Shown here piece by piece: positions 1 through 14,449 of a stretch of DNA of 64,000 nucleotides. Under the pieces are notes generated by a model, which was not told the origin of the DNA, did no database searches, and worked only from the letters and a program-made list of their open reading frames with translations. This DNA comes from Harriotta raleighana (Eukaryota). The stretch covers positions 10,950,999-11,014,998 of the forward strand of contig JBNZDD010013726.1 in assembly GCA_050575255.1 (NCBI GenBank), read 5' to 3'. Made by a program: the position numbers and the translations under genes. Within the stretch, counting starts at the first letter, position 1. Each line of letters starts with the position of its first letter.

Positions 1-59
1 TTGGAACGTTCTCCTGACATGAAAGGCGCTCTATAAATGTAGTTTTGTTGTTGAGGGAA

Positions 60-290
60 ACCAGCACTTTGGTACCTCGCCCATGTGAGTGAGTGAGTGT
101 TGGCAACAAAGCGCAAGATCCTGTCCTCGCTCGGCCTCACTCAGTCGCCATCCATCTACCAGGAAGCCTCGTTGAATCAGGGGCAGGAAATTGGGTTGAT
201 TTTATCTCCGCCAAATTCAGAGGCATAGAGGACAATTGCAGTCCATCAGCTGCTGTCTGTCTGGCTGAGATGAGCTGAATCTGTACAGAA
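60..290 (-). mobile_element. Old SINE fragment, AmnSINE2-like (family name from memory); related to 24160-24400
   Basis: Reverse complement has tcagctcatctcagcc...caattgtcctc...aaaatcaaccc...gaggacaggatc...gggcgaggtac, in the same motif order as the + copy at 24160. Confidence 0.45.
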
Positions 291-628
291 CAGATGCAAG
301 AATTATTGCAATTCCATCTTGCAGCCTTCTGGTCTGTATAACATTGTGCTACACCAGCAGAACCATTACCTACTGGACCCATCAGGGGGAAAATCTGTAA
401 GTGGGGTGTTTTTAAATGTGCTTCTCTTGTGTTAACTCCTTAACTATAACAAGGGCAATAAATCACAAGTGGGAGAAGCATGAGGTTGCAGCTGAAAAAC
501 AGACAGACAGATTGCAAACACATTGAAATAAATAGCGTCACTCTGTTTATTTATTTTGGTTGAAATACACCAAAGCAGATTACATCTTCTTTCACAAAAT
601 AGCTGAGTTTCACTGACTGAACTTGCAA

Positions 629-683
629 TGAATGAATGACTGACTGACTGACTGAATGAATGAGTGAATGAATGAATGAATGC
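629..683. repeat. Compound (GAAT)n/(GACT)n tetranucleotide microsatellite
   Basis: aatgaatgaatgactgactgactgactgaatgaatgagtgaatgaatgaatgaatg. Confidence 0.9.
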
Positions 684-1499
684 ATGGATTGATTCATACT
701 CTCACACCTCATATCCCCCTCTTTGCTGAAGCTGTAAAAAGGCAAGAGAATTGGATGAGAAATGAGAGGCTGTTTAACCCCAGAAATTGAGAACATACCT
801 CCATTAGGACCATCAGTAATTAACTCTACTAGTTCTGCAGGAAACTAAACAGTTACCCCTTCAAGACCACCAGCATTGCCGGATAATATCTACATTAGAC
901 CACACAAATTCCTACTAAATGGGCCAGGAAGTTGTACAAATACATGTAGTAGACCACCAGGAAAGTGAGACACCTGCCTACACTGAACAACCATGGAACA
1001 TAGACACAAGCCCTTGTTGGATTGACTGGGATAGTAGAGTGATAGTTTGACAATGTACTTCTCATTTCCTCAAAGGCTAATGGTATGGGTTGTCTTGTCA
1101 CTTTGAGGTGTAAACTGCATTTTCTTGGAGGGGGAATCGCTGAGCTTTGACTCAAGAGATTTCAACCCTGGCCCCCCAAAAAACACCTCAAAATTAAAGT
1201 CTTGCGGGTTGGGTGGACGTACAGTGTTTGAGTTAAGGATATAACGTATAGCATCAAGTAAGGATTCTTTTCTGTTGTCCTGGGTAGAAGTGTTCTTCAA
1301 GCTCAGAGAAGTTGAATCCATGATCCACGCACTAATCAGTCACATGACTGCCAATATCCAGACTATTTGACAAAATGTGTAATTATAACAATGCTTTTTT
1401 TTCGATCACAGATGATAGCACATAGCTCAACTCAACAACATACTGTTTGCAAATGCAACAATATTAGATTTTAGAAATCATGATAATTTTTAAGCCCAG

Positions 1500-4400
1500 T
1501 GGCTGTCATTAATCATAGTTGGGAATTGGAGAAGTTATATTTGTATAATACAATATTCAAATGACTGAGTATTAGCATTATGCTTGCAGTGTGTGCGTGG
1601 CTTTGAGTGTCTGTGCTTAGAGTGCTGTGCGTTCTTTAAAGGTATAAATGACTTTCCACATTAGAGAATTAAGTGGAGAAATCATTCTTCTGGCAACTAC
1701 ATTTTCTATTTCATTGGGCTAGAAAGATTTAAAATCAAAATTGTTCATTTTCAGAAATGGATTGGAATGGCAATTATGTGCAAAAGTCATAAAGAATTCT
1801 CCACAATGCATACTATATTCATTACTACTGATTTCACTTCAGATATGGTTGTAATTTAATCAATCTATTTCAGCTTTCGCTAGTTATTGCTTGTGACATG
1901 CATATTGCAGCCTATGCGCTTGTTCCCCTTGTTTCTGAAGTATTGCAGGCCAAGCTGTCTCCAGTCAGAGCTCAGTCTAATTAGATTGAGTTACGTCTGA
2001 CCTGGGCTTCTTTCCATCAGCTTCCTTAGTCTGAATGAGAAGTGTCTGCTTCCTGCAATTAATTTAGGCAAAGAGTTGCATCCGTTTGTCTGTGTGATGG
2101 TTTATCCATCGAATACAAATCAATTTTGCACACTGTTTAATATCTTTTGTATTTCCTTATCTAAGAAAAGCAGATATTGCTGGTCTGGCTGAGCTGGTAG
2201 ATAATTTGAAGCAACAAGATTGCAATGATTTGTTTTTGGTATCGATTGAATTATAGAGGCCTGGTAGGGTTGTGTGCACATCCAATCTCGGAACTGGCTG
2301 AGTGTTTTAGAAACGAAATAGTTAACTGATCAGCGTAGCACTTATTGTAAATTTGGGTAATGCTTTGCACCTTGCCATTTACACTGTGGATAGAGTATGC
2401 AAGTGTTTGCTGGAGACAGAAATAAAATCTAACTGGAACATTTCATAGCAAATTAATTGTTGCATGTGTTCTATTCTACCCAACAATAATACAGCGGCTG
2501 TAATTTAATGCAGTCTTACACATTCTTACATGTTATTTATTGTCATAATGAATGAACCCCAGCTTGTCTAGATTGCTGCTTATGGCCAGTGACCTGAAAT
2601 ATTTTTGCAGTTGTTTGTTTTATTATCACATTAATGCTACCATGTGATCCAATTAGATCGGATTATGCTAAGTTTCTGCACCACATCAATCCTGGATGTC
2701 TCAATCCTGTGTGCTCCAGCCACAAAATCTCGCCCCTCTTTTCACTGTAACCTTTCCTTTTTTTTCTCTACGTTGTCATGACACATCTTTCCTTCTTCTT
2801 CCATCAAAGCTCTCTGAATATCCCTCCCAATACACGTCTTGCATGCTGACTGTGTTGAGAAAAACTCGATAACCCACTTTACCTCAAACTGATTGTTTCC
2901 GAGCTCCAAGCAACATATTAGCTCCCAAAGTTTCCCCATTCTATAATAATCCTTGCAGTTGATATAACATCTTCTAGTGGTCTCAAAACACTTCACAGAA
3001 TATACTGTAAAGTGAATTGACTGTAGTATATTTGTGGGCAAAATGCCTGCAGCCAGTTGCACACAACGGNTGGCTGTCATTAATCATAGTTGGGAATTGG
3101 AGAAGTTATATTTGTATAATACAATATTCAAATGACTGAGTATTAGCATTATGCTTGCAGTGTGTGCGTGGCTTTGAGTGTCTGTGCTTAGAGTGCTGTG
3201 CGTTCTTTAAAGGTATAAATGACTTTCCACATTAGAGAATTAAGTGGAGAAATCATTCTTCTGGCAACTACATTTTCTATTTCATTGGGCTAGAAAGATT
3301 TAAAATCAAAATTGTTCATTTTCAGAAATGGATTGGAATGGCAATTATGTGCAAAAGTCATAAAGAATTCTCCACAATGCATACTATATTCATTACTACT
3401 GATTTCACTTCAGATATGGTTGTAATTTAATCAATCTATTTCAGCTTTCGCTAGTTATTGCTTGTGACATGCATATTGCAGCCGAAGCGCTTGTTCCCCT
3501 TGTTTCTGAAGTATTGCAGGCCAAGCTGTCTCCAGTCAGAGCTCAGTCTAATTAGATTGAGTTACGTCTGACCTGGGCTTCTTTCCATCAGCTTCCTTAG
3601 TCTGAATGAGAAGTGTCTGCTTCCTGCAATTAATTTAGGCAAAGAGTTGCATCCGTTTGTCTGTGTGATGGTTTATCCATCGAATACAAATCAATTTTGC
3701 ACACTGTTTAATATCTTTTGTATTTCCTTATCTAAGAAAAGCAGATATTGCTGGTCTGGCTGAGCTGGTAGATAATTTGAAGCAACAAGATTGCAATGAT
3801 TTGTTTTTGGTATCGATTGAATTATAGAGGCCTGGTAGGGTTGTGTGCACATCCAATCTCGGAACTGGCTGAGTGTTTTAGAAACGAAATAGTTAACTGA
3901 TCAGCGTAGCACTTATTGTAAATTTGGGTAATGCTTTGCACCTTGCCATTTACACTGTGGATAGAGTATGCAAGTGTTTGCTGGAGACAGAAATAAAATC
4001 TAACTGGAACATTTCATAGCAAATTAATTGTTGCATGTGTTCTATTCTACCCAACAATAATACAGCGGCTGTAATTTAATGCAGTCTTACACATTCTTAC
4101 ATGTTATTTATTGTCATAATGAATGAACCCCAGCTTGTCTAGATTGCTGCTTATGGCCAGTGACCTGAAATATTTTTGCAGTTGTTTGTTTTATTATCAC
4201 ATTAATGCTACCATGTGATCCAATTAGATCAGATTATGCTAAGTTTCTGCACCACATCAATCCTGGATGTCTCAATCCTGTGTGCTCCAGCCACAAAATC
4301 TCGCCCCTCTTTTCATTGTAACCTTTCCTTTTTTTTCTCTATGTTGTCATGACACATCTTTCCTTCTTCTTCCATCAAAGCTCTCTGAATATCCCTCCCA

Positions 4401-4640
4401 ATACACGTCTTGCATGCTGACTGTGTTGAGAAAAACTCGATAACCCACTTTTCCTCAAACTGATTGTTTCCGAGCTCCAAGCAACATATTAGCTCCCAAA
4501 GTTTCCCCATTCTATAATAATCCTTGCAGTTGATATAACATCTTCTAGTGGTCTCAAAACACTTCACAGAATATACTGTAAAGTGAATTGACTGTAGTAT
4601 ATTTGTGGGCAAAATGCCTGCAGCCAGTTGCACACAGCGG
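1500..4640. repeat. Apparent 1.57-kb tandem duplication (1500-3069 and 3071-4640) separated by a single N; probable assembly overlap
   Basis: Both copies start tggctgtcattaatc; I counted only about 7 substitutions; N at 3070. Confidence 0.9.
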
Positions 4641-4814
4641 TGTCCCAGAAACAGTTGTGGTTTGAAATGACCAATTTTTTTTATTTTTTTAAAAAGCAAT
4701 TATTATTAGGCATGTGGAACAAGGAAATTTGCACAACGTTTCGCCCTGCCTAGAATCAAACCCAGATCTCTCGCTTGTCAGGCGAGTGCTCTAACCACTG
4801 AGCTACAGGTCTCC
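4514..4814 (-). mobile_element. tRNA-derived Deu-domain SINE, near full length (truncated duplicate at ~2943-3069)
   Basis: Minus strand: A-box TAGCTCAGTGG, B-box-like GTTTGATTC, Deu-like GCTGTGTGCAACTGGCTGC, L2-like tail ending (TTA)n. Confidence 0.88.
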
Positions 4815-6230
4815 GCAAGGACGTAACCCTAAAATGTACATATTTTTTAACATCACGTTTCATCTTGTGTAACTATTGCTTATCGATTCATCTCATCTTT
4901 TTCTCTCTCGTCTTTTCATTTGGTCTTTGGTCTTCACCTGCATCTCCTAGTAAAATCAGTTACATTGAAATGCACAGGTTATCTTGTACTGTTCCAGCAA
5001 TGGGCGCTGATCCACTAATAAGGAGAGGCATTCATTAGTGGGACACCAAATACTTTACAAGTTATTGCAAAGGGACAATTTGACCCCATTGCATGTAAAA
5101 CTGACAAATGGCAGGGCGTGGAAATTAGAATTACAGATGGGAATTATTTTGTCCCAAGTCAAGGGACCAATAAGTCTCAATCTGAACTGAGTCAACTGGG
5201 GTTTCAGAGAATTTATCCATAATAGGTCAGCGTGGGTCACAAGAAGTTTATATTTCAGTTCAGCACTCAGCCCTGCCGTGAATGCACACTGGGACAATTT
5301 TCTGTTTTATGTTCCCTCTGTTCACCCACAGATCATTGTCTTGTAGTACTGTACTCATTTGCCAGAGGCAGTGCTTGATATATTAGGTTGCTGACTCTTT
5401 GCTTTTGTTTCTCGTTCTGTGTTGATATCTTCAGCAGCATATACGCAAAGGACACAGCAATCTAGCTACCAACAGTCTCTCTTGGCAGATCTACAGATTC
5501 CAAGGCACCATGGATAGTGGACCAAGCTGCCGGTCTGATCAGTGAATCGTAGATGTAGTCCTCAGTTTTCTTGAGAATGTTATTACAGTGACCAGTTTAG
5601 TCTTTGTTCCCATTCTAGTAAAGCTGCAAAGTGTGATATACTTGTTATTTGAGGAGACGTAGGAATAAGAGGAGATAATTCAGTCAGTTCCTCCACCGTA
5701 TATTAGGTCATGGCAGATCTTTTAATTGCATGTCCCCTACTTTTCTTCATATCCCTAAACACCCTCACTTCTGAAGTAAAAGGTGCAGCACACTTTCCTC
5801 GGTGACGAGGTGACAATCCTTTACATAACTTTACATTTCACTGGCAGGAATGAGATTTTCTTTCTGTGGCATTAGGTTTCCCAGGTTCTCTGAGAAGCTT
5901 CTGACTGCAAGTTCCTCAGGCAAAGAACTTTCTGCTTCAGTGAACTTTGGGTCTGAATTCAGTTCTTTCCCTTTTTTTGATTGAAATGTTTCCGATCTGA
6001 CTACCAGAGCCTAATTGTTCATTCCTTCTGCTCTGATGGAAATAAAAGCTTTTGTCTGTATTGTTGGCAATAGAGCTTTTCTTGTTTCCAGCAAGTGTAA
6101 CACTCTCTGAAACCATTTCCCTGAAACTTACAGCAGTAAGACATCTACATTTTAGGGCACCGAATGTGGCTTGAAAGTACTCCAGGAACTACAGATTTTA
6201 ATCAAAGAACCCAAGATGTAAGCTGTTCAT

Positions 6231-6608
6231 GACCTAATAGAGGTTTATAAGATCATGAGGGGTTTCGACAGGGCAAATAGAGAAAAACTATTTCCACTCG
6301 TGGGCGAATCTGTGACTCGTGGTCACAGATTTAAAATAGTTTCAAAGCGAAATAGAGGGGAGCTGAGGAGAAACTTTTTCACTCAGCGAGTTGTTCGAGT
6401 CTGGAATGCATTGCCTGAAAAGGTGGTGGAAGCTGATTCGATAACAACTTTTAAAAGGGAATTAGATCTTTATTTAGGGAGAACAGGTCTATTAGGCTAT
6501 GGGGAGCGAGCAGGGCAGTGGGATTAAATCGCTCTTTTCAAAGAGCCGGCACAGACTAGATGGGCCGAATGGCCTCCTTTTGTGCCGTAAACTTCTATGA
6601 ATCTATGA
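6231..6608 (+). mobile_element. CR1 LINE 3' end, 5'-truncated, young-looking
   Basis: Open frame DLIEVYKIMRGFD...FFTQRVVRVWNALP...GQWD* typical of the CR1 ORF2 C-terminus; 3' UTR gatgggccgaatggcctcct and terminal ttctatga/atctatga repeats. Confidence 0.95.
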
Positions 6609-8217
6609 TACAACCTTCTTTTCTCAGCATGACTGCTTTCTTCATTAATTGTGTCCATTAGCATGACAAGTTCTTTGTAAGTTTTCTATAATTCACGGAA
6701 ACATTGTCATTAAGTTTCCTGGATCTGGGTGATGATTAATTCCAGAGAATGACCTTTTTCCCCATCTAAATGATATGGTTCAGTAGTGATCTCTAGGTCT
6801 GTTTCATAGACAGTGATTGAAGGGACAGTTATGACGCACAGATACTAAAGGCACTCGTACAACTCACCATTCACTTTGAGGGCCTGAAATTGCTTAGTCA
6901 AACGTTGCGTACTCAGTAAAAAGGATCCTTGTGGGTTGGCTGATAAGACGGGCTAACGCACCTGCCTGGCCAGATGGCTGCAGGTTTGAATTCCTGTACC
7001 ACCCGTCACTAAAATCTGTCTTGTTTGTGTGTGATTCAGTATCACTATCATTACAGTATCTATGCTGCTTGCCAAAATCCAGTCCACCAGAATGGCTTTG
7101 TTGAGTTGGTTTTGGAGGATTTGGGGGTAAGTAAGTAAAGTGGTTGAACTCATTCGGAATTCACTGGTTATATGATAACCTGTCTTCTTTCTCCCGCTCC
7201 CCCAATCCATCCTCCGAAATGACTGGTAGGAACCAACGAAATGTGCCAAGTAGGCAGAGGTTTCTGTGAGAACAGAAAACAAAAGAAAGCATAGAAAGTG
7301 TATGCAACTGGCTATTCTAATTAATGAGAATACGCTTTCAATTGTTGCAGACAGAACACTGCACTTGTATTGCCAGGGATGAGTTGAATAGAAGTTTTGG
7401 CGAACTCAAAAGTAGAACAGCTGGTCTGTTTTTTAATTGCCATCAATGCATTACTAAGTTCCGATCCTTTCCGAATTCATAAATTTGGGCGAGTAAAGAT
7501 TCCCATTCGCCTGAATGAGACGTCAAGAGGGAATTATGGATAATATATGTTTCTTTCAGGTTTTAAATAAAAAAGTTTTCAAGTTAGCTCATATGTGCTT
7601 TGGTGTGCTTCAAATCTGGTTTGGTTTACCATTTGTCGGGAACTGTGTAGTTTGATTCAGCTGAGCTCAAACGAATGCTTTGATGGCATCGTCAGTGTTA
7701 TTGCAGTCTGTCAAACTGATTCTTTCAGATACCTCCAGAAATCCTGTTTACTTTATTCACCATCCTTTTTGCAGCCAGCAGTAACGTTCATGAAAAAAAG
7801 AAAGAAAAGCAGCATCACCTGATGGAACTGTCAAGAAATATCATCTCACGTTAAGTGCTGGATTTATATCCAGCAGACACATCCACATGTTTTCTGCATT
7901 GATGCATGTCTAGTTGAAAACACATGGAAACACTTTGGGTGCACTTCAGATGCAGTATTACCATGCTTATGGGCACTTTTATTGCTCTCATGGCCTTCTT
8001 CCATCATTTTTTGTTTGCGTTGAATGCCTTAGGTAATAAGCCAAGCCATCACCAAGGTTGAAAGGAATAGGGGAGAGGATGAGATAAATTCGGAGGTAGT
8101 CCTCATCTGACAACAAGCTTCGTGTTAACCTTCAACTACTAGAGTGTCTATAAGGTGTCATTTCTCTCTGAGCACGCCAGCTCCTTATATTTACAGGTAA
8201 TGCACTGTGCTATTGGA

Positions 8218-8587
8218 ACAACAACAACAACAACAACAACAAAATTACACTTGTACATGGCCTTTCACGTCGGGAGGACGTCCCAAAGCGCTGATCAGTC
8301 AGGTCGGGACCCGAGCATGGGGGGGGATCGGGGATAGGGGGAGGGGGAAGGAGAGTGGGAAGAGTTAGGGTGGGGGGGGGAACCAAAGAAGCGGGCGAAG
8401 AGGAAGATCTTGAGACTGGCCTTGAAGGAGAAAAGANGGGGAGGGGGAAGGAGAGTGGGAAGAGTTAGGGTGGGGGGGAACCAAAGGAGCGGGCGAAGAG
8501 GAAGATCTTGAGACTGGCCTTGAAGGAGAAAAGGGAGGAAGCAAGGCGGAGAGACCGCAGGATGGAGTTCCAGAGTGTGGGGGCAAG
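8218..8587 (-). mobile_element. L2-clade LINE 3' end (with N-junction duplication at 8437)
   Basis: Minus strand reads LAPTLWNSILRSLRLASSLFSFKASLKIFLF; C-rich 3' UTR; agcgctttgggacgtcc...gtgaaagg tail ending (GTT)n. Confidence 0.88.
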
Positions 8588-11500
8588 TACTAATATCTCA
8601 GGAAGTAAGCTGTTCAAACTTCAAGGTTGCTTTTTTTAAACAAAAAACGCAATATTAACCTTAGGCGACAAAAGTAAATACAAACACATAACACAGTACC
8701 AAGAAAAAAATAACACATTGCACATCTTTTGCCCCATCACTACTTTTTCCTATCTATTTTCTCTTTCTTATTCCTATTCTTTCTCTGTTCTTTTTAACAG
8801 CCTGTTTTTACCGCCACTGTAATTCTGCCCTTTTTTTTTTACGTGTTTCTATCTATAGAACATTTGCCTTTTTACTTTCTTCACATTGACACATGATTCC
8901 AATTGGATATGTGGCTACGTTATTACCTACTTCATTAACAGGGCGTGGACTCATTTCTTAGGACTCTAGCCAGAAAGTTTCCTTGGTGTTTTGTTTCCTT
9001 CACGTACAGTACTGTACTGCAAAATGGAATTCAAATATCTAATGAAATGGCAGAACACACTCAATGGACTCAATTGTGCTCCTGCATTCCTCGAGGAGAC
9101 ATCATCTTACGTTTTCCCGCGACTGCTCATATTCTCCCATAGTTTTCAATAAAAGGTTACTAACAAATTGGAAACCAGTTTTTCAGGTTGGAGAGGAATG
9201 CCGTTGCTACTTCAAGGATGCTTGTCTGATGTTATAGCCAGGTTATGAAGTGTGCGACTGAGCTAAAGCAAAGTGGGGCAGTCCCAGGTTTGAACCTTTG
9301 TCTTGTTTAGTTAGCTGCTCTCGGCAGGAACTGTGGTTGGGTTGCTGGATTTTTTTGCTCGGAACCCTGGGTTAGCAACAAGGCGTTCAGTCCACATGTT
9401 ATGTTTCAAAAAGTCATAAATTTGATTTCCCAATTGTGTTCTTTTCTTCGAATGTTGATTAAACATATGAGTCGGATTAAATATCATAAACGTTGTTTGT
9501 CGAAAATTCACTCCGGCCAGTTAAATGGCAAATTCTAATTTATTTTGGAGAGTAATGGAGACAAATTTACAATTCAATCCAGACTAATCCCTGGAGTAGG
9601 GTGGAAAGCTGTCCACAGTGACCGAGTAAGGGACAGACTTAGTTGTTTTTGCATTTGTAGTTATGCTCTCATACATCTGAACTCCTCTCTGAAATATTCT
9701 TATTGGAAAAGATTCATGTATAGAATCCAGGAAGGCTGCCATTAACACATTATTTTCAATGTGACAGCACCTTTTCATTATTTGAACAAGCATCTCACGA
9801 ACAACAATGAGATAAACAGCTAAGTTTATTTTATTTTAGTAAGCAGTAATGTCCTTGACAAATACCGTACTGTGCTTTCTTTTTTACAAAAAAGTTGAAA
9901 CTTTTCTGTACGAAACTCATGCATTCTGTGTNTGTCCTTGACAAATACCGTACTGTGCTTTCTTTTTTACAAAAAAGTTGAAGCTTTTCTGTACGAAACT
10001 CATGCATTCTGTGTGTAAAAAAAAATGACCCTAACAATCCTTGAATACTTTTTACTCCTGTTTTAAAACAAGGTAGTGCAAATATCCTAGCATCCGAACT
10101 TTTGCCTTGTGATGCCTCCCTTGCTATAATTATTTTCAAGTGTAAGCACACTGCGATATGTGCAGCCACCCCCTATTCCAAGCCGCCTGACCTCAGATGT
10201 GAGTCCGTGTTTTCTAGATTAATTCCCGCCCTGATTGGGGAGGAATGGAGACAGACCCCTAAGCTTTTGTCGATGCCACCCTGCCACAAATAGCTAGAAA
10301 GGGAGTCAGCATACTTTGTGGTACTTACTATTTTTCCTATCTTTCGAGGAAAAATAATTGACTCCTATCACCACTTCCCCTTGACAGCTTATGTGTGACT
10401 GGAAAACTTGCCATGTTGTGTCTTACAGGTGAAAATAACTNCACTTCCCCTTGACAGTTTATGTGTGACTGGAAAACTCGCCATGTTGTGTCTTATAGGT
10501 GAAAATAACTATTACCTAGCAGTTCAGAGTGCACTAAAGTGCCCCTCCAACCAGGAGGTATATTGTTGTATCAGTTCCGATATTTGACACAAGTAGTATC
10601 TGCCAGATTGCTTCACCATACTAATAAATCTCTGTCAAGACATCTCTAGTATTTTATACTTCTCAATGATGTAACATAAATCAGTCAGACCCATGGCTTC
10701 TTCAAAGTTCCACTTTATTTATTCCTATCATTTGAATGACTGGTGTGACGATTGGTACTACGATACAGAATCAGTTTATTTAACTGTTTATGGAGTCGTG
10801 AACGAGAATATACCTTCCTGGTAATTATAAATATTTAGACGCCATTTCAATATTCTTTCCGTTGTGTTCTTCGTTTTTTTTATCTCTCTCAAGGTCTTAA
10901 ACAATTCGCCAATTCAGTGCAGTTCTTTCGGATAGGTTTTATTATTCGATGAGCGGGCTGGGTTCATAAGACAAATGGTGAACTATCTGGAGCAAAAGGG
11001 ACCTTATTTCTGAAGCATATTGTTTTTCCTTCTTGTATTTTTCATTTGATTCATAAATGAGACAGGAGCCCAAAGGTTAAAGAGTTAAATCTGATTTACT
11101 TCAGTTCCCTTGCTTATTTGAACTGAACCCAATATAAAATCAGTTACATGCTGTAGCAAAAGAGCTGGCAGCCTGACCTGTGTGGTTTTAATTTCAGAGG
11201 GAATAAAAATTAACTGAATCCACACTCATAACGCAAAGCCTCTCAAGTCAAGTTAACAAATTGTGATTTTATCCAAATCCACTTTGTATCTGTAAGTGGG
11301 ATTTTAAAAAACATCTTGTTTCATTTTCTCACATTGTATAGATTCCAACAATGAAAAGATAGATCCTTGTGAATCAGTCAATGTTTACGGAGCCACAAAC
11401 TATAATAAATCTTTCTTGTAATTAAAAATATTAGAAGCTATTAGATGTAATTGGTGTACATCAATTGTAATTGGTAATTGGTAATGTAATTGGTGGCTCA

Positions 11501-14449
11501 TCTTTATAATCATCTGCTTTTGGCAAACCTAATTAAAATCCATGGAATTTGTGTCCTTAGTGCTAATAACTAGTTTTCTATAGTCAATTGATTCAAGTCT
11601 AGGAGATTATGCTATTGGATTCTTTGTGTTTCATGGTCAATGGCACTGGTTATAAAAAGAGCAGTTGTTCTCAAGAGTGTTTTCCCCATCATTGGCGAAA
11701 GAAGGATATACTGTATTATGAGAAGAAATTCAATACAAAGAACTGTTTCATAATCATAGCTTTGAATAAATTCTTCGTTGAATATTAATCTTCAGAGCTT
11801 CCACCGTTTCCAGCCTGTTGGATCAGTAGGTTGGTTGGAGTGTTTCTATATTGTGGGAAACATTATGTTACCAAAGGGGACGAAAGATGCGTTCAGGCTA
11901 TGAGAATTCTCTATCAGACCAATTAATGCATGGCAATGTGTCAGGAAGTAACAAGGCACAAAGTTCCTATTTGCAAAAAAAACATTACTGAGCCAAAGCA
12001 ATGTGGCAGATTGTGTGCAAGTTTGGACTTTGGCCATAATGATGGACACTGTTTTGTAGACAGTGCTGCCTTGTGTTTATTCGTAGAAAATCCCTGTACT
12101 GTATTCCATAGATACTGTAGCTGGCTATTGTATCTGTGATCTGACTTCACAAATGGGTGGCTTCCCAAACATTTGTTTTATCGGGTGTCCGTGTACTCCC
12201 CGAAGGTTACCAGATCTTTTATAAGGTGGATATTACAGCACAGGCCGTCGGATTGCACAGTAAAATATTTACCGACAAAAACATAGAATACATTGAGAAG
12301 AGATAGGTCATTACAGAGAATAGTCACTCTGTTCAAATAAACTGTTTCAGAACTCTTAGTGCTTGTGTCTGTATTTTGCTCCAGAGTAAAGGCATTGCTC
12401 ACATTGAACTTGTCCTCAGATGATCTAGGATCTCTGAATGGACTGTTTGTCTATGTTTATAGATGATTGATTGTTTCACCCAAAGTTGGGAGGGTTTGTG
12501 GCCAAAACAATATAGAGCAGGCAATTCATGTACATGCCAGTTTACTGCTGCATCTCCTAATGCCAGGAGTCAGGCCACTGGTTCTATAACCACTACAAAA
12601 TCAAACTGGCACACTAACGTTTTGATCTGCCCCAAGCAATATACAGTATCTGGAAAAAGAATATCTGAGGTATAACTTTGTCTTTCTTACACCTGGAATT
12701 GTATGCAGACCATCCAGACTGTTGAAGATTAGGCTTCATATTTTTTTCTTCATGTAAATGATTACATTACTGAAAAGAAGCAAACAACGCTATAAGATTG
12801 AATGGGCTTTCATCTCATAATTGTCACTTTCACCTTCACATAAATCGTCGGATGACCCAAACCTCTCATGCAAGGATCATTTGAGGCATCTTAGTACTTC
12901 CACCAACATTTCATCAAACTGCTGTAATGGAGCATGGGGATGTTACTTATCACTTTCTCTAGATCACAAATAACATGGGGCTCTGACACCACTTACAAAA
13001 TGAAAGCTGAACAGAACCAATTTATGGCTCGCTGTATACTGTCTGAACAATGTATCCAGGGCATCAGAATTTGAAAGGTCTTTGCCTCATATTAAAGCAT
13101 GTGCATGATTCACATAAGCTGACTATTCTCTTCTGTGATCCAGAGAGAAGCTTTTCCTAGCAAATGACGTTCTTAATGTCTGGTGTCTTTCAGAACCAAC
13201 CCTTTATACCGGAGTTACATATCCCAGCACAGAGCCACGCTACTGTCACAGACTCTTACAGAAGTATTCACTCAGACTGTTTAGAATCAGGCTTCCCTCC
13301 GTGCTGTACATTTCTGAACTAAAATGAGAGAATCTACAGTGTAAAATCAGGTTGCTGTTGTTGGTGGTAATTTTGATTAGATGGGAGGTGCTAGGCTTTA
13401 TGCTGCCTCTAAACTATTTGTTTGGGATCAAATCGCATGATTGATTGAACTATGAGATATGCAGTATAAGCAATCATTGAGCCACTGCTCGTTCTGCAAA
13501 TATAAGTATTGAGGGATACATTTAACATGAAACCTACCATCATCTAAAAGGGTCATCCCACTCAGAGTAGATAAGAACCCCTGAATTTCACTGGATCAAA
13601 ATTCTCCAACACAGTCGTTACGCTTCACAGTAAAATCCTGTGAAGCGTTTTGAGAGACACGTCAAAACTGTGATAAGGCACTATATTAAACAGAAGGTTT
13701 ATTATGTATTATTAAAAGTAATAAAACTAGATGAAACTTTTTTGAATACATTTTTGAGGTTGTTCCAAATAAAAAACATATCCCCAACACCAACTTCCTT
13801 TGCTCAAAAGAAACCACAGTGGTGACAACCTAATTTAAGAACCTGGATGAGTTGCAAACGGCGTCTGATCTGAACATCATTATTCAGTTCGACACAAACA
13901 AAATGCTGACACGAGGTTGGGAGTATCCAGTTGAACTATGGGGAGAATTTAAGCGCGGTTGCCATTTATGGAGAAGCGAAAACCCCAAGAGAGTCGTACT
14001 TTAAAAGGTCGAAATAGTTTTAGAGAGCTTCAGGAATTAATATGGATGAGGCCTGCTTGTTGTATGGCAGTTAAAATGATTGTCAACTTTGTCCAAATGG
14101 TTATTAGAAAACACTTCTCCCGCTGTGTATATCATTAGAACGCATATGTCCTGATGTCAGGTTGCCACAGAAACAACATTAGGCACATAATTGCAGTTCA
14201 TGCTGATCATTCGAAAGTATTAATTTCGGAGAACTTTTTATTACAGTGATACTTGGGTATCTAGTAAAGTCCTGAAGTTGGGAATATAGGGTAACCTATG
14301 GTGGTAACAATACAGATTTTCTAAATCCAAGCTGTTGTTGAAACATTAATTTGTGCAATTTATATGTAATAATATATAGATGATACAACATGAAAAAAGG
14401 CCATTCAGCGATAGGAGGCCCAACTAGTTATTGGTGTCTATAAACTATG

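Noticed and set aside
895-1321. Overlapping minus-strand ORFs; AFEEMRSTLS..NPTR faintly recalls an LTR-retrotransposon RT/RNaseH connection
   Set aside because: No flanking YxDD or DAS motifs; similarity too weak to support without a profile search.
2742-4699. Duplicated 112/128-aa minus-strand ORFs
   Set aside because: They start inside SINE sequence and are doubled only by the N-junction overlap; no recognisable protein.
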